A stretch of 64,000 nt of DNA from a virus (taxonomy: Duplodnaviria; Caudoviricetes): positions 96,001 to 160,000 of the IMG/VR virus record IMGVR_UViG_3300009540_000001; one strand, written 5' to 3'. This document shows, piece after piece, positions 10,476 through 20,502 of the stretch. Every line of letters starts with the position of its first letter. The stretch's first letter is position 1. The notes beneath the pieces are model-generated. The model was not told the origin of the DNA. It saw only the letters and a program-made list of their open reading frames with translations, and searched no databases. Position numbers and translations under genes: made by a program.

Positions 10476-10760
10476 TTATACGGCGTGATGTCGGTGGCGA
10501 CGATGGTGCACCGGGGGGCTCGAGGTGGAACCACTTGACGGCGTAAAGCCGCCCATGGCCATCTCGCGCATCATAGGCTGCGTCATGGTCATGCCGGGGT
10601 ACGCCTCTGCGTCGTGCTGACGCTGGACGGCGTTGTAGGTGTCCATCGCGGCGGAGAGGGCGGGGAAGGCGCTCTCGAGCAGCGCGCCCTTGAAGTACAG
10701 CCGAGCCACCTTCACGGCGGCACGACCCCGCCCGATGGCCTCGAGCTCCGCGCGCGTCAC
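10476..10760 (-). CDS. Hypothetical protein
   Basis: GTGA overlap with 10757 stop. Confidence 0.5.
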   Translation of the reverse strand: MTRAELEAIGRGRAAVKVARLYFKGALLESAFPALSAAMDTYNAVQRQHDAEAYPGMTMTQPMMREMAMGGFTPSSGSTSSPPVHHRRHRHHAV

Positions 10761-11350
10761 AGCGTCAGCCCGCCCTGACTCGGCAGCGCCTCGCCGCCCT
10801 CCGACCCCTGCGACGCCTTGGAGTCCGCATCGCGGAAGGTACGCATGAGGCGGTCCTCGTCGCTCGCGGCCTCGGCGGGGCCCTGGTTGTCCCCACCCTT
10901 CAGGCCGATGATGTTGCCTCGAATGAGCTTGTCGATGTCGGCGTGCTTCAGGTCGGAGAGCTTGTAGCGGGCGATGACGGTCTTGTAGGCGGCGGTCTTG
11001 GCGTCTTCGAGGAGGCCGCGTGTGGCGAGATGGGAGCCGATCTGGTTACCCGCCATACCACCAGCGAGACCACCCCCAATGCCACCCACGATCATCGAGA
11101 AGGCCCGGTGGTTCAAGGGAGCAAGGCGGCCCAAAGAGCCGCCGACCATCATACCCCCCAAGCTACCAACACTCCCGCCAAAGGTCCCGCCCGCGATCCC
11201 GCGAAGGGCGCCCTCTCCCTGTCGCCCCAAGGGCTTGCCGCGTTGATAGCCTTCCCACGTCGAGCCGAAGGGCAACGCGGTACGGAAGTGGGAGCGGTCT
11301 TCCAACGCCGAAGACCGCTCACCCTCTTGCTGCTCGTCCGCCGTCTTCAT
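10757..11350 (-). CDS. Glycine-zipper protein (KxA family)
   Basis: MKTA start (alternative start 11377); GALRGIAGGTFGGSVGSLGG..GGIGGGLAGGMAG zipper; internal AKTAAY. Confidence 0.6.
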   Translation of the reverse strand: MKTADEQQEGERSSALEDRSHFRTALPFGSTWEGYQRGKPLGRQGEGALRGIAGGTFGGSVGSLGGMMVGGSLGRLAPLNHRAFSMIVGGIGGGLAGGMAGNQIGSHLATRGLLEDAKTAAYKTVIARYKLSDLKHADIDKLIRGNIIGLKGGDNQGPAEAASDEDRLMRTFRDADSKASQGSEGGEALPSQGGLTL

Positions 11351-11369
11351 GTGCCAACCCTTCTTCATC

Positions 11370-11861
11370 TCACGCATGCCGATACCGCCCGACGTTCTTG
11401 TACCCGCTCGCGAACCCGCCGAACGCCTGGTTCATGTTCCACTCGTTCTTCAGGTTCCGCGCCATCTCCATGAACTGCCCGCGCAGGTACTGGGCCCAGT
11501 TCTGATAGAGCGCCTGCTTGTCGTCGATGCCGATGGGCTGGACGTTGCCGTCTTGCACCGTCGCCTGGTTTCTCAGCTGGCGCAGGCCTTCTGAGTTCAT
11601 CAGGTGCGCAACGGCGCCGTAGAGGATCACGATGCGCGGGAGGTACGCGAGGTCGAACGCCGTGCGCGGTGTCATGGCGTTGTAGAAGTCGATGGTGAAG
11701 AGGAGCGCCGCGTCGATGTCCTTGTCCGAGAACTCGACGCCGTCGAGCAGGATGTTCAGCACCCCGGTGTCCTGCACGGGACCGGGGGTGTCGCGCATGA
11801 AGCGGCGCACCTGATCGCGCGTGAGGGTCTCTTCTTCTACCGGGTAGCCGATGACAGGCAT
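11370..11861 (-). CDS. Putative head-tail adaptor/neck protein
   Basis: VRRFMRD..EFSDKDID.AL..N..TP..QLRNQ..DG pattern resembles large-phage neck proteins. Confidence 0.45.
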   Translation of the reverse strand: MPVIGYPVEEETLTRDQVRRFMRDTPGPVQDTGVLNILLDGVEFSDKDIDAALLFTIDFYNAMTPRTAFDLAYLPRIVILYGAVAHLMNSEGLRQLRNQATVQDGNVQPIGIDDKQALYQNWAQYLRGQFMEMARNLKNEWNMNQAFGGFASGYKNVGRYRHA

Positions 11862-11864
11862 GGC

Positions 11865-12326
11865 TCAGCCCCCTTCGAACGACTCGGCGTGATTCGTGTC
11901 CTCGAGCTCAGGGGCCGGCTGCGCCTGCTGCTTCTGCGCCATGTGGTTCGCGATCAGCTTGCCGATGCCGTAGACGCCCGCAGCTCCGGCGGCAGCGCCG
12001 CCACCATAGAGGGCAGCGCGACCTGCGACGGCGTTGCGGGCCTTCGCGTACCGATCCATGTACGCCTGGAGCGCCGCCGGGCTTGGAGCGTGTTCCTTCA
12101 AGTCAGGAATGCCGTTGCGTAGGTCCCGCGCCTTCCGATACAGATCTCCGATCCTCTCGTCGAACAGCGCCTCCTTCGACACAACCGTCGTCGCCGCCGG
12201 TGCGCTCGACGGCGCGAACGACAGCGGCTGCGCCCCCGAGTTCGGGGTCCCGGGCATGCCGGTGGGGGCCTTCGGCTTCGTGCCGATGGGGTGGGTCGTC
12301 GTGTAGCCGCTGCCGATGTCTGCCAT
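11865..12326 (-). CDS. Glycine-zipper protein (KxA family)
   Basis: VSKEALF; AALYGGGAAAGAAGVYGIG hydrophobic helix. Confidence 0.55.
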   Translation of the reverse strand: MADIGSGYTTTHPIGTKPKAPTGMPGTPNSGAQPLSFAPSSAPAATTVVSKEALFDERIGDLYRKARDLRNGIPDLKEHAPSPAALQAYMDRYAKARNAVAGRAALYGGGAAAGAAGVYGIGKLIANHMAQKQQAQPAPELEDTNHAESFEGG

Positions 12327-12359
12327 GGTGAAGTCCTTTACGGCGTGAAGGGAGAGGGC

Positions 12360-13154
12360 TCAAGCGTACGGGAACTCAGCCGCCCGCTGCACGTCGAATC
12401 CGATGTACCCCGTCGTCGCCGCGCTGATCGTCACGCGCATCGCCTGTCGCGGGTGCACCAGCTGCTTGATGTCGGTGTACGAGATCTTCCCGTCCGTCGG
12501 CGTGAGGCACGGGTACTTGAAGAACGAGTACTCCTCCCCCGCCGGCGTGAAGTCCTCGTTCAGCCGGATCCTCGAGACCTCGACGGTCAGGGGGCCGGCG
12601 AGTAGGACGTTGAAGTTCGCCGAGAACCCGAGCACCCACACGGGGTAGTCCTGCTCGAAGTGGAAGAACCCGCCGTTGCCGTTGACGGGGATATCCCAGA
12701 AGTACTGGGTGACGTCGACCGCCGGGTCCGCGCCGCCGGTGAACGCGAGCGCCGCTGTCGCCGCCACGATCGTGGCCCCGGTGCCCGGGACGTACGCGCG
12801 GATGGCGAAGGAGGGGGAGTTGCGCGACGCGAAGGCGTTGATCGCCGCTGCGACCTCGGTCGCGGTCGCCTGCAACGCGTTGGTCGTTCGGCGCAGGATC
12901 ACGGTGATCGCCGGGCCGATCTGCGTGACGGTCGTCGCGGGGATCGTGAGCCCCGCGCCCGCGTCGACGTACTGAATCGTCAGCGAATTCGCAGACGCGC
13001 CGTAGATGCGCGCGGCGTAGCGGACGATCCCGTCAACTCCGACCCCGGAGTCTACGGTGCGCCGCGCGCGACCGTACTCGGTGCCGTCAAAGGTCCCGGT
13101 GCCGGTGACCTTTTGCTGGACGAAGTACTTCTGGCCTACCGGTGTCGGGTACAT
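12360..13154 (-). CDS. Virion structural protein
   Basis: GASANSLTIQYVD..TATEVAAAINA..FTGG segment similar to the repeats in 3866-5146. Confidence 0.5.
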   Translation of the reverse strand: MYPTPVGQKYFVQQKVTGTGTFDGTEYGRARRTVDSGVGVDGIVRYAARIYGASANSLTIQYVDAGAGLTIPATTVTQIGPAITVILRRTTNALQATATEVAAAINAFASRNSPSFAIRAYVPGTGATIVAATAALAFTGGADPAVDVTQYFWDIPVNGNGGFFHFEQDYPVWVLGFSANFNVLLAGPLTVEVSRIRLNEDFTPAGEEYSFFKYPCLTPTDGKISYTDIKQLVHPRQAMRVTISAATTGYIGFDVQRAAEFPYA

Positions 13155-13230
13155 CGAGAGAAGTATACGCGCGCGAGCGTCTGCGCGTAGCTCGGACGCT
13201 CAGGCACGCATCTCTCACGCCGACCAGCCG

Positions 13231-13758
13231 TCAGTGCCCCTTCGTCTCCGGGCCCATGTGCGCCAGTAGCACTTCGATGCCGCCCTCGATCTTGTTGATC
13301 TTCTCGAGGTTCGAGGCTTGCGCGACGCGGTTCTCTGCCCCCTGGTCCGCTACGCTCTTCTGTACCTTGCGGATCTCGTCGCTGATCTTTTCGACCTGCT
13401 GCGCTACGGACGCGGACGCGACTTGAATCTTCGACGCCGTGTCCTTGTAGACGATGCCGTCCGTACGGACGACGGCGTCGTCCAGCACGCCCTCGATGAA
13501 CTTACGGCGCGAGCCGATCTGCTCGGGCGCGTTGTGCCAGTTGTCGACGATCTTCTTGATCTCCTTCTCACGCTCGGCTGCCGCATCCGGCGCCGCGTTG
13601 ATCGCGATGATCGTCTCCTTCACAGCGGGCTTGCCGGTCTTTTCCCAGAAGCCGCGCACGAGGAGCATGAGAAGGCCCCACAGGATGCCAGTTCCGATCA
13701 GGACGCTGGCGAGCCAGCCACCGACGGCTTCCACGGTAACGGCCATAAGGGTCTGCAT
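13231..13758 (-). CDS. Membrane-anchored coiled-coil protein (holin-like?)
   Basis: N-terminal TM segment WLASVLIGTGILWGLLMLLV plus coiled coil; follows tail-fibre genes. Confidence 0.45.
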   Translation of the reverse strand: MQTLMAVTVEAVGGWLASVLIGTGILWGLLMLLVRGFWEKTGKPAVKETIIAINAAPDAAAEREKEIKKIVDNWHNAPEQIGSRRKFIEGVLDDAVVRTDGIVYKDTASKIQVASASVAQQVEKISDEIRKVQKSVADQGAENRVAQASNLEKINKIEGGIEVLLAHMGPETKGH

Positions 13759-13783
13759 GGACGAAAGTTTACGGCGTAAGGAC

Positions 13784-13969
13784 TCAGCCCAGGAAGTACG
13801 CCGGCAGCGTCCCCGTCGGGGGCTCGCCCTGGCGGTACTCCTGCGTCCCGCCGTTGTTGGCGGTCCATAGGACGCCGAGCTCGACCTCGGAGCGCTGCCC
13901 GCCGTTGTCGATCTGCTCTTGCGCGGTCTGCACGAGGGCCGCGCGGGTGTCGATGCTGAAGGTTGCCAT
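13784..13969 (-). CDS. Small hypothetical protein
   Basis: SD GGAG; in the tail-fibre operon. Confidence 0.5.
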   Translation of the reverse strand: MATFSIDTRAALVQTAQEQIDNGGQRSEVELGVLWTANNGGTQEYRQGEPPTGTLPAYFLG

Positions 13970-13978
13970 GGGTTACTC

Positions 13979-15088
13979 CTACCGAGAGATCTTCACGCCG
14001 CCCGTCCCCGTCACGTCATCGAGGTTGACGCGCACGAGGATGTTGTCGAGCGCGACCCAGCTTACGCCGTCTCGGTCTACGCCCATGCGGCCGAGGTCCC
14101 AGTTCTCCGTGTTCCACCGCCACGCGTTCGAGCGCCCGTAGATGCCGCCGTCTGGCGCGGCCAAGACGTTGCGCCGCACGTACTCCCCAGCGATGCCGCG
14201 TATACGCCCGCCGAGAAGGTCGTGACCGAGGGCGCCAACGAGAGGGTACAGACCGTACCCTGCTTGGTTGTAAGTCGGCACCGTGGGAACCATTCGATGC
14301 GCTCCCGACGATCCCGGTTGCCCCGCGAATGTGTACCCCTCGGCCGGGGTGATGATCTTGTCCTCGTCCGCCAGTTCGGCCAGCGTAAACGAGGACCCTG
14401 CGAACACGACCCCGTTGTTCGGGGTGACGGCGACGCGGTTCCCGAGCATGGAGTCCCACATCAGGGACAAACCCCCTGCGGGCGGGGCGGCACCGGCTGT
14501 CCACAGCTTCATGTACAAGTACGGTGCAGTGGTGTCGCCGTTGACGCCGATGATCAACCGGGAGGACGTCGAGTACAGCGTGGGGACGGCCCAACCGATA
14601 GGGCTCACGTTCGAGCCGCTCCCCAACAGGATGATCTCCGTACTCCCAGGGAGCGGAGCGGGTTGTCTGTTTGCGGTGGCGGTTGTCCCGTCGAAGCCCC
14701 CCGAAGAGTACTTGATACGCAATTCGGGAGAGACGTTCGAGATGATCTGAATCGCGAGCTCTCCCGACAGCCCGCCGGGACGCTTGAGCGTGAAGTGCGG
14801 GCGGGCGTTGTAAAAACTTCGAGGTCTTGCTGGGGTGTTGTTCTGCTGGGGGTCGCCGTACGTCCCGAGAAGCGCGTACAGGCCGTCGAGGGTGTCCAAG
14901 TTGAACACATCCCCGGACGCCAAAACCTGTGCGTCCCCATCGCCACTGCACCCCACGGTGTAACCGTTTGAACATGCGATGCTCTTCAGCGCGAGGATCG
15001 CTTGCGCGACGTTGTACTTGGACCGCAGTACGTTGCCGACAAAGTTCGCCGGGGCTGTAAGCGTGGATCGGTGACTTAGAGCTGCCAT
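13979..15088 (-). CDS. Tail-fibre-associated protein (paralog of 15096-16280)
   Basis: Shares LRIKYSSGGF..TATA..PAPL and MWDS with the upstream gene. Confidence 0.55.
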   Translation of the reverse strand: MAALSHRSTLTAPANFVGNVLRSKYNVAQAILALKSIACSNGYTVGCSGDGDAQVLASGDVFNLDTLDGLYALLGTYGDPQQNNTPARPRSFYNARPHFTLKRPGGLSGELAIQIISNVSPELRIKYSSGGFDGTTATANRQPAPLPGSTEIILLGSGSNVSPIGWAVPTLYSTSSRLIIGVNGDTTAPYLYMKLWTAGAAPPAGGLSLMWDSMLGNRVAVTPNNGVVFAGSSFTLAELADEDKIITPAEGYTFAGQPGSSGAHRMVPTVPTYNQAGYGLYPLVGALGHDLLGGRIRGIAGEYVRRNVLAAPDGGIYGRSNAWRWNTENWDLGRMGVDRDGVSWVALDNILVRVNLDDVTGTGGVKISR

Positions 15089-15095
15089 GGTCTCC

Positions 15096-16280
15096 TCAGA
15101 CGATCAGGGCGACGTTGTTGAGGCCAGGGCTTGCGCCGTTGTTTACGGGCACCCAGACGTTGTTGCACAGGGCGTAGGCGACGCCCCCGCCAGGGTCCCC
15201 CATGCTCAAGTGCGCGCGCATCGGCTCGCCCGTCGCCCAGAGGAAGTTCTTCGAACGACCGATGTACCCGGACTTGCGGTCCACCGACGAATTGCCCGGG
15301 ACGCAGTAGTGGATCGGCAGCACGCTCTCCAAGCTGGAGTCGAGCGAGTCGTATCCGAGGCCTCCGACAGCGTTTGTGCGTTCGTAAATCAGAGGGACGT
15401 ACTGGCCCGTCTTGTAGACGCTCGGGATGTACGCGCACACCGCTTGAGCGCCATCTCCACACGAGCCGCCCAGGCCGTGTCCCGTGAACGTGCCCGCATC
15501 AAGTTCGGCAATGTCGTACTTCCCCAGGAACGCGGCGCTGCCGCCATAAAAGGCGCCGTTCGACGTGAAGTGACACACGGCGCCGTTGTCGAGCGGGTTC
15601 CCTGCGGCATCGTAGCCGAGATCATCGAGGGAGTCCCACATGGCGAACATGTCGGGATCTGCAACTCCGTCCTTGTGCCCTTCGAGCCAAAAGAACGGGT
15701 TGTTGGGATCGTCGTTGACGCCCATGTTGAACCGAACCTCAGTCGCGGACGCCAGTTGGTTGACCCATGTGTAGTAGGCGACAGGAGCCGCGTCCGTAGA
15801 CCCGGTATGAACCCCCGCGATCACGCGCTCATCCCCCGCAACCAGGGGTGCGGGGGCTGCCGTTGCGGTACCGTTCGCGAAGCCGCCCTTGCTGAACTTC
15901 ACGCGAAGGAAGATCGAATAGTTGCCATTCGCGTAGGCTTCTACGTGCTGAATGCAGAACTGCCCTTTGAACTTCGCAGGTGTACCTACGGGCGTCTCGA
16001 CGACGTAGTAGGCGTTGTAGTTGTTGATGCTGTTCACGATGTACGAGAGGTTCATCCCAAGTTGGTAAAAGTTGGGAGCGCCTGTGTTGTTGTTGTTCGA
16101 GGCGTTGAGCAGGATGTCGCTGGCGGACCAGAGCGACCCGTCCGCGCTCTGCTTCACGACCCACGAGGCGGTCTTGAGCAACGCCTTGAAACGCCAGATC
16201 ACTTCGCCTGGAGGGATCAGGGAGTTGAAGCACGCGCCTACAAACGTCGAGACGTCGTTCGCTACGTGATAGAGGGTCAT
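15096..16280 (-). CDS. Tail-fibre-associated protein (paralog of 13979-15088)
   Basis: LRVKFSKGGFANGTATAAPAPL, MWDSL; visibly lower GC. Confidence 0.55.
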   Translation of the reverse strand: MTLYHVANDVSTFVGACFNSLIPPGEVIWRFKALLKTASWVVKQSADGSLWSASDILLNASNNNNTGAPNFYQLGMNLSYIVNSINNYNAYYVVETPVGTPAKFKGQFCIQHVEAYANGNYSIFLRVKFSKGGFANGTATAAPAPLVAGDERVIAGVHTGSTDAAPVAYYTWVNQLASATEVRFNMGVNDDPNNPFFWLEGHKDGVADPDMFAMWDSLDDLGYDAAGNPLDNGAVCHFTSNGAFYGGSAAFLGKYDIAELDAGTFTGHGLGGSCGDGAQAVCAYIPSVYKTGQYVPLIYERTNAVGGLGYDSLDSSLESVLPIHYCVPGNSSVDRKSGYIGRSKNFLWATGEPMRAHLSMGDPGGGVAYALCNNVWVPVNNGASPGLNNVALIV

Positions 16281-16289
16281 GGGGTCTCT

Positions 16290-19200
16290 TTACGCCGTAA
16301 CGGCGAGGGTGCCACGGTACATGACGGCCTGGGTCGCTGCGTTCGTGGGGGTCACGCGGAGCTGGAGGACGTCGCCATCGGTGAGCTGTCCTGCGATGTC
16401 GTCTGAAGTCTTGTGCTCACCGTTCGCGTCGGTGATCGTCAAGAAGTTATTCACGCCGTTCAAGTTCGTGAACGCCGTCCATACGCCCGCGACGAGCTTG
16501 TAGAGGCGCACTTCCACGGCGTTCGCGCCGTCCGTGCTCGCGCCCGTCACACGGAGCTTGACGGTCGTACCCACGTGGTCCGACGCGTTCCAAGCTCCGC
16601 CGCCGATGACAGCTTCAGAGGTGTCCGCGAGGGTGGTGACCTTGAGACCGTGCAGGAGGGGTGCGTACGTCGGGGCGCCCGCAGTCACCGAGAAGCCGAA
16701 GCCTCCGACGACGAGGTTGTCTTGCACACCGCCGAAGTCGAACGCCTTGAACACGAAGGCATTGTCGGCTTGGAGCGTGAGTCCCGTGAGGGAACCCCTG
16801 ATCCGCTCGCCCGCAAACGGGGCAATGGTGATCGTCTGCTTGAACGAGGGCCCCGCGTGAACGACGGTGACTTTCCGCCCCGTCGTCTCGCTCACCACGC
16901 TCGCGAGCGTGACGGTGAACGAGGCTCCCGAGAGCGGAAGAACGACCGCGAGCGTCGTCTGACGGCTGAGCGTAGCCGCGCCGGTCACGATCTGAATGAC
17001 GTCGTCGTCGCTGACGCCGTAGCCTCCGTAGGCGATCAAGCCGAGGTTCGTACGGTGCCCGTTCGTCAAACCGTCGAGGATCGCCGGGCCAAACAGCATG
17101 ATGCCGCCGCCCGTCGTGGAGTCGAACCCGTACGTGGGCGAGGCGGTCTCAACGGTGTAGCGGCAACCGGGCTTGCGAAGGAACACGCCCAAGTTGGCCG
17201 CGTTCACGAACGCAACGCCGTTGACCGTTTGCTGGTGCCCCATGCTGTGCTCGATGGTCGAGCCCGCACCGTTTACAGTTTGCTTACCGTAGGAGTACCC
17301 GCCTTCAATAACGAGAATGCCCGCATTCTCGACCAGCACTACGTCGCGGTTCTTTGTCGTCGTGGCGCTCCCGAGAACGCAGTCACGCGCAAAGACGATG
17401 CCACTGCCAGCGCTCAACCCCACATACGTCGCCTGCGTGGGTACGAGCACGCACTGTTCCAGGGTCACACCGGCCGCCCCTGTGCCGCTGATCCGCAGGC
17501 AGTCACCCGCCGTCGCGTTGCCCGTGAACTTCACTCGGCGAAGCTGTGCGTTGCGGATGGTGTTCGAGGTGGCGATCGTGAGCCCGCGCGTGTTCGTCAC
17601 GCTCTGGTTGTCGATCGTCAGGTCTTGCCAGACGCACGCGAGGGTTGCATCGGCCGCGTCCATGGCGAGCCCGGTGACGGTCGTGATGATCGTCTCCTCC
17701 GCACGCCCCGCGTACCCCATCACCGTGAGACCCTGCTTGAGCAGGATGTTGTCCCAGGTGTACGCGCCCGGCGCGACCAACATGGCCTTCGGGTTCGAGA
17801 TCGAGATCCCGTCCGTGACCATCTGCGCGTACGCCGCAGCCGGGGTCGCGTACTGCGGGCTCGAGCCCGCAGGGCCCGAAGCTGCGGGGCCTACGAGGTA
17901 CACCGGCAGCGTGTACGAGGCCGGGGCCGCTGCTGTGGTCTTCGACGCGAGAATGATCCACTTGTCGTCGTGAGCTGCGAACTCGTACGCGTCGTTCCAC
18001 TTGAAGACCGTGGAGTTGAGCGTGGCGTCGTAGTCGATACCTGCGCTCGCGTGCGCCGCGAGCGTCAGGTTCTGCGTGTAGGTGCCCCCCGTGTACTTCA
18101 CCCGCAGGCGGCGCTCCTCGCGCCAGCTCGCCGGGTTCGGCATCGTCACCGTGAAGGTGGTGGGCGAAGACGGGACCACCAGCGCCAACGTCGTCGCGTC
18201 TGCGATCGTCGCCGTGCCGGTGATGGTCTGCACGCGCTCGGGGTGCGTGAGGTAGTACCCGTCGTAGGTGATGCCGGCAGCGGTCTGGTACCGGGTCGTA
18301 GCGTCTGCATCGAGGGCGTACGCGCCATGCGTGTACACCGAGCCCGAAGTTCCCGTGCTGAACAGGAAGTTCGAGTTGGCGTCCATTCGGAACTTGTGCC
18401 CGCCTTGCAAGGCGACGGTCGAGCCGTTCTCGATCTCGAACAAGCTCGTCTCGATGAAGACGGGCCCTACGAGGAAGTCGGAATAGCCGAAGACGTTGAC
18501 CCCAACCCCCAAGCTCAGGTTGGACGTGTTGGTCAACGTCATGGAGCCGATGATGTGGTCGGGCGGACCCGACTCAGCGTTTACCTCCGCAGGTACCGTG
18601 ACGACGACATCCACGCTGTCGTCCAGACGCATCGCACGGCCTGTCGAACCGGCGATGTTGCCCCCGGCGCGAACCAGCCCGCTCCACAGAATCTCGACGG
18701 GGCCGGTGGCATTCAGCCCGTCGCCGCTCACGCCGCCCGTTGTCGTGCAGTTTACCGCGTAGATAAAGCTGTCGTTCTGGAGCAGCGAGCCATCCACCGC
18801 GAAGCCGTGCGAGCCTGCGACGTTGCCGCCGTAGAAGTTGCAGTTTGTGAACCGCAGCGAGAAGCCGTCGATCGACTGGTTGTTGAACCCCCCTACGGTC
18901 GCTCCCGGAGGGTACACGCCGCAGTTCGACAAGCCCGCTGTCGTGGAAGTCGTGAGCGTTGTGACCGAACCGATGATCGACTGCGCGCTCGCGCTCGGGT
19001 TCACACCGACCAGAAAACAGCCGTCCAACAGAGTAACGTCTTCGACGAACTCACCGACGAAGAAGCCCACGCGCGGTGCGCCCGAATTCGCGCCGTCCGC
19101 GATCATCGCCGCCTGCATCGCCGTAAGCGTCGCGTACTGCGGGTTGGTGCCTCCCGGACCCATCCCGGCTGCGCCCGCGACGTACAGCGACATTCCGCCG

Positions 19201-20102
19201 TCGGTGATCGGCTTCCACGCCGAACCCGTGTAGTACTCGAAACGGGCCGTGGTGGTGTTGTAGATAAGCAGCGACGTCGCAGGGGCGGCAATCGCGTCGC
19301 GCTGCACCGTGGTCAGGCGGTTGACGAGCACGCCCGTCGTCGTCCCTTGCAGGTCGATCGACGCGCTCGCCGCGCGCGCTGTCGTGCCCTGCGCGAAGCC
19401 GGTGGCCGCGCCGACCTCTCCGTTCGAGCGCGAGACGACCGTCGTGCCGACGTGCAGGCCGCTGGCGAGCGTCATCTTCAGCCCGGTCGGCACGTACCAC
19501 GAGTGCGTCGACGTGGACTGCACATACCGGACGACGGTCCCGGTACGCATCTCCGAGGACGTTGTACCGACGATCATCATCGGAGCGGTGCCGTCGCCGA
19601 ATTCGTGTCCGCTCGAGTACTGGTAGACGTTGATGATCCCGCCGCCCGTGTCGACTTGCAGCGGAATCCCGACGTCCAGGACCGGCGCAGCGCCGAACGT
19701 CTTGATCCCGGTGATCGTCTCAGGACCGGCGATGTGGACGTAGTTCCCGTCCTGCGAGCCCTCGAGCGCCGTGCCCGCGACAATCCCGTAGTCGACGTTG
19801 AAGGTGTCGCCACCCGTGAGCGTGAGGCCCGTGCCAGCGAAGTACGGCGTGCCGCCTGTGGGGGCCGCCCAAGTCGGAATGCCCGCGACCACCGTGAGGA
19901 CGTCGCCGGGGGCCCCAATCGCCCTACGCACCCACCCCGACACGCCTCGGTACGCGAGGTCGCCCAGGGCCTCGCCTACGAACCCCCACGACAACGTGAA
20001 CGTCGTGTTGGTGTCCCCGCCTTGCAGGGGCGCAGTCGTGTTGATGGTGATGTTCGCGCCGCTGCTGCTGCCGGCGCACTTCAGGCGGCTGATCATGCTC
20101 AC
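16290..20102 (-). CDS. Long tail fibre / tailspike with two beta-helix-like modules
   Basis: 1270 aa, Gly/Thr-rich; GDLAYRG..G..GDVLTV fibre motif; ETITGIKTF; RLTTVQRDAI..P..LLIYNTT motif; duplicated PQYAT modules. Confidence 0.75.
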   Translation of the reverse strand: MSMISRLKCAGSSSGANITINTTAPLQGGDTNTTFTLSWGFVGEALGDLAYRGVSGWVRRAIGAPGDVLTVVAGIPTWAAPTGGTPYFAGTGLTLTGGDTFNVDYGIVAGTALEGSQDGNYVHIAGPETITGIKTFGAAPVLDVGIPLQVDTGGGIINVYQYSSGHEFGDGTAPMMIVGTTSSEMRTGTVVRYVQSTSTHSWYVPTGLKMTLASGLHVGTTVVSRSNGEVGAATGFAQGTTARAASASIDLQGTTTGVLVNRLTTVQRDAIAAPATSLLIYNTTTARFEYYTGSAWKPITDGGMSLYVAGAAGMGPGGTNPQYATLTAMQAAMIADGANSGAPRVGFFVGEFVEDVTLLDGCFLVGVNPSASAQSIIGSVTTLTTSTTAGLSNCGVYPPGATVGGFNNQSIDGFSLRFTNCNFYGGNVAGSHGFAVDGSLLQNDSFIYAVNCTTTGGVSGDGLNATGPVEILWSGLVRAGGNIAGSTGRAMRLDDSVDVVVTVPAEVNAESGPPDHIIGSMTLTNTSNLSLGVGVNVFGYSDFLVGPVFIETSLFEIENGSTVALQGGHKFRMDANSNFLFSTGTSGSVYTHGAYALDADATTRYQTAAGITYDGYYLTHPERVQTITGTATIADATTLALVVPSSPTTFTVTMPNPASWREERRLRVKYTGGTYTQNLTLAAHASAGIDYDATLNSTVFKWNDAYEFAAHDDKWIILASKTTAAAPASYTLPVYLVGPAASGPAGSSPQYATPAAAYAQMVTDGISISNPKAMLVAPGAYTWDNILLKQGLTVMGYAGRAEETIITTVTGLAMDAADATLACVWQDLTIDNQSVTNTRGLTIATSNTIRNAQLRRVKFTGNATAGDCLRISGTGAAGVTLEQCVLVPTQATYVGLSAGSGIVFARDCVLGSATTTKNRDVVLVENAGILVIEGGYSYGKQTVNGAGSTIEHSMGHQQTVNGVAFVNAANLGVFLRKPGCRYTVETASPTYGFDSTTGGGIMLFGPAILDGLTNGHRTNLGLIAYGGYGVSDDDVIQIVTGAATLSRQTTLAVVLPLSGASFTVTLASVVSETTGRKVTVVHAGPSFKQTITIAPFAGERIRGSLTGLTLQADNAFVFKAFDFGGVQDNLVVGGFGFSVTAGAPTYAPLLHGLKVTTLADTSEAVIGGGAWNASDHVGTTVKLRVTGASTDGANAVEVRLYKLVAGVWTAFTNLNGVNNFLTITDANGEHKTSDDIAGQLTDGDVLQLRVTPTNAATQAVMYRGTLAVTA

Positions 20103-20123
20103 GGGGGCAAGGGTAGGGGTCGG

Positions 20124-20435
20124 CTACCGGCGTCGGGTCCGCCTACGCTCCTGGCTCTCGAGCGGGGAACACACTCGGGCATGCTCCAGTTCGAGGTGGC
20201 AGTTCGCGCACACGACCTGGCACTTCGCGGCCTCGCGCAGCACGACCGACAAGGGTACGCGCCCGTTGCGGGCGTGGCTGACGTTGAAGTGCTTGCGCTT
20301 GCCGGGCAGGTGATCGAACTGCATCACGTACGGCGGGTACTCGACGCGGCAGCGCGCACAGGGGACGGCCTTCAGGCGATCGAGCGTCTGCCGAATGTGA
20401 AGGCGAACGTGCAGGGGGACGAAGGCGTGGGGCAC
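20124..20435 (-). CDS. HNH endonuclease-like protein
   Basis: PCxxC..MQFDH..K..KCxVVCANCH. Confidence 0.75.
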   Translation of the reverse strand: MPHAFVPLHVRLHIRQTLDRLKAVPCARCRVEYPPYVMQFDHLPGKRKHFNVSHARNGRVPLSVVLREAAKCQVVCANCHLELEHARVCSPLESQERRRTRRR

Positions 20436-20460
20436 CGAGGCAAGATTACGGGGTAAAGAA

Positions 20461-20491
20461 AACGGGACGGAGCCTCGCAGCCCGTCCCGTT
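20461..20491 (-). terminator. Intrinsic terminator after the RRWGT gene pair
   Basis: aacgggacgg...ccgtcccgtt; on the minus strand followed by TTCTTTAC. Confidence 0.65.
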
Positions 20492-20502
20492 CCCTTTACG
20501 AC

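Noticed and set aside
16413-20456. 1347-aa plus-strand ORF and many other long Arg/Pro-rich ORFs in the track
   Set aside because: Antisense or off-frame shadows of real genes in GC-rich DNA; no motifs and poor composition.
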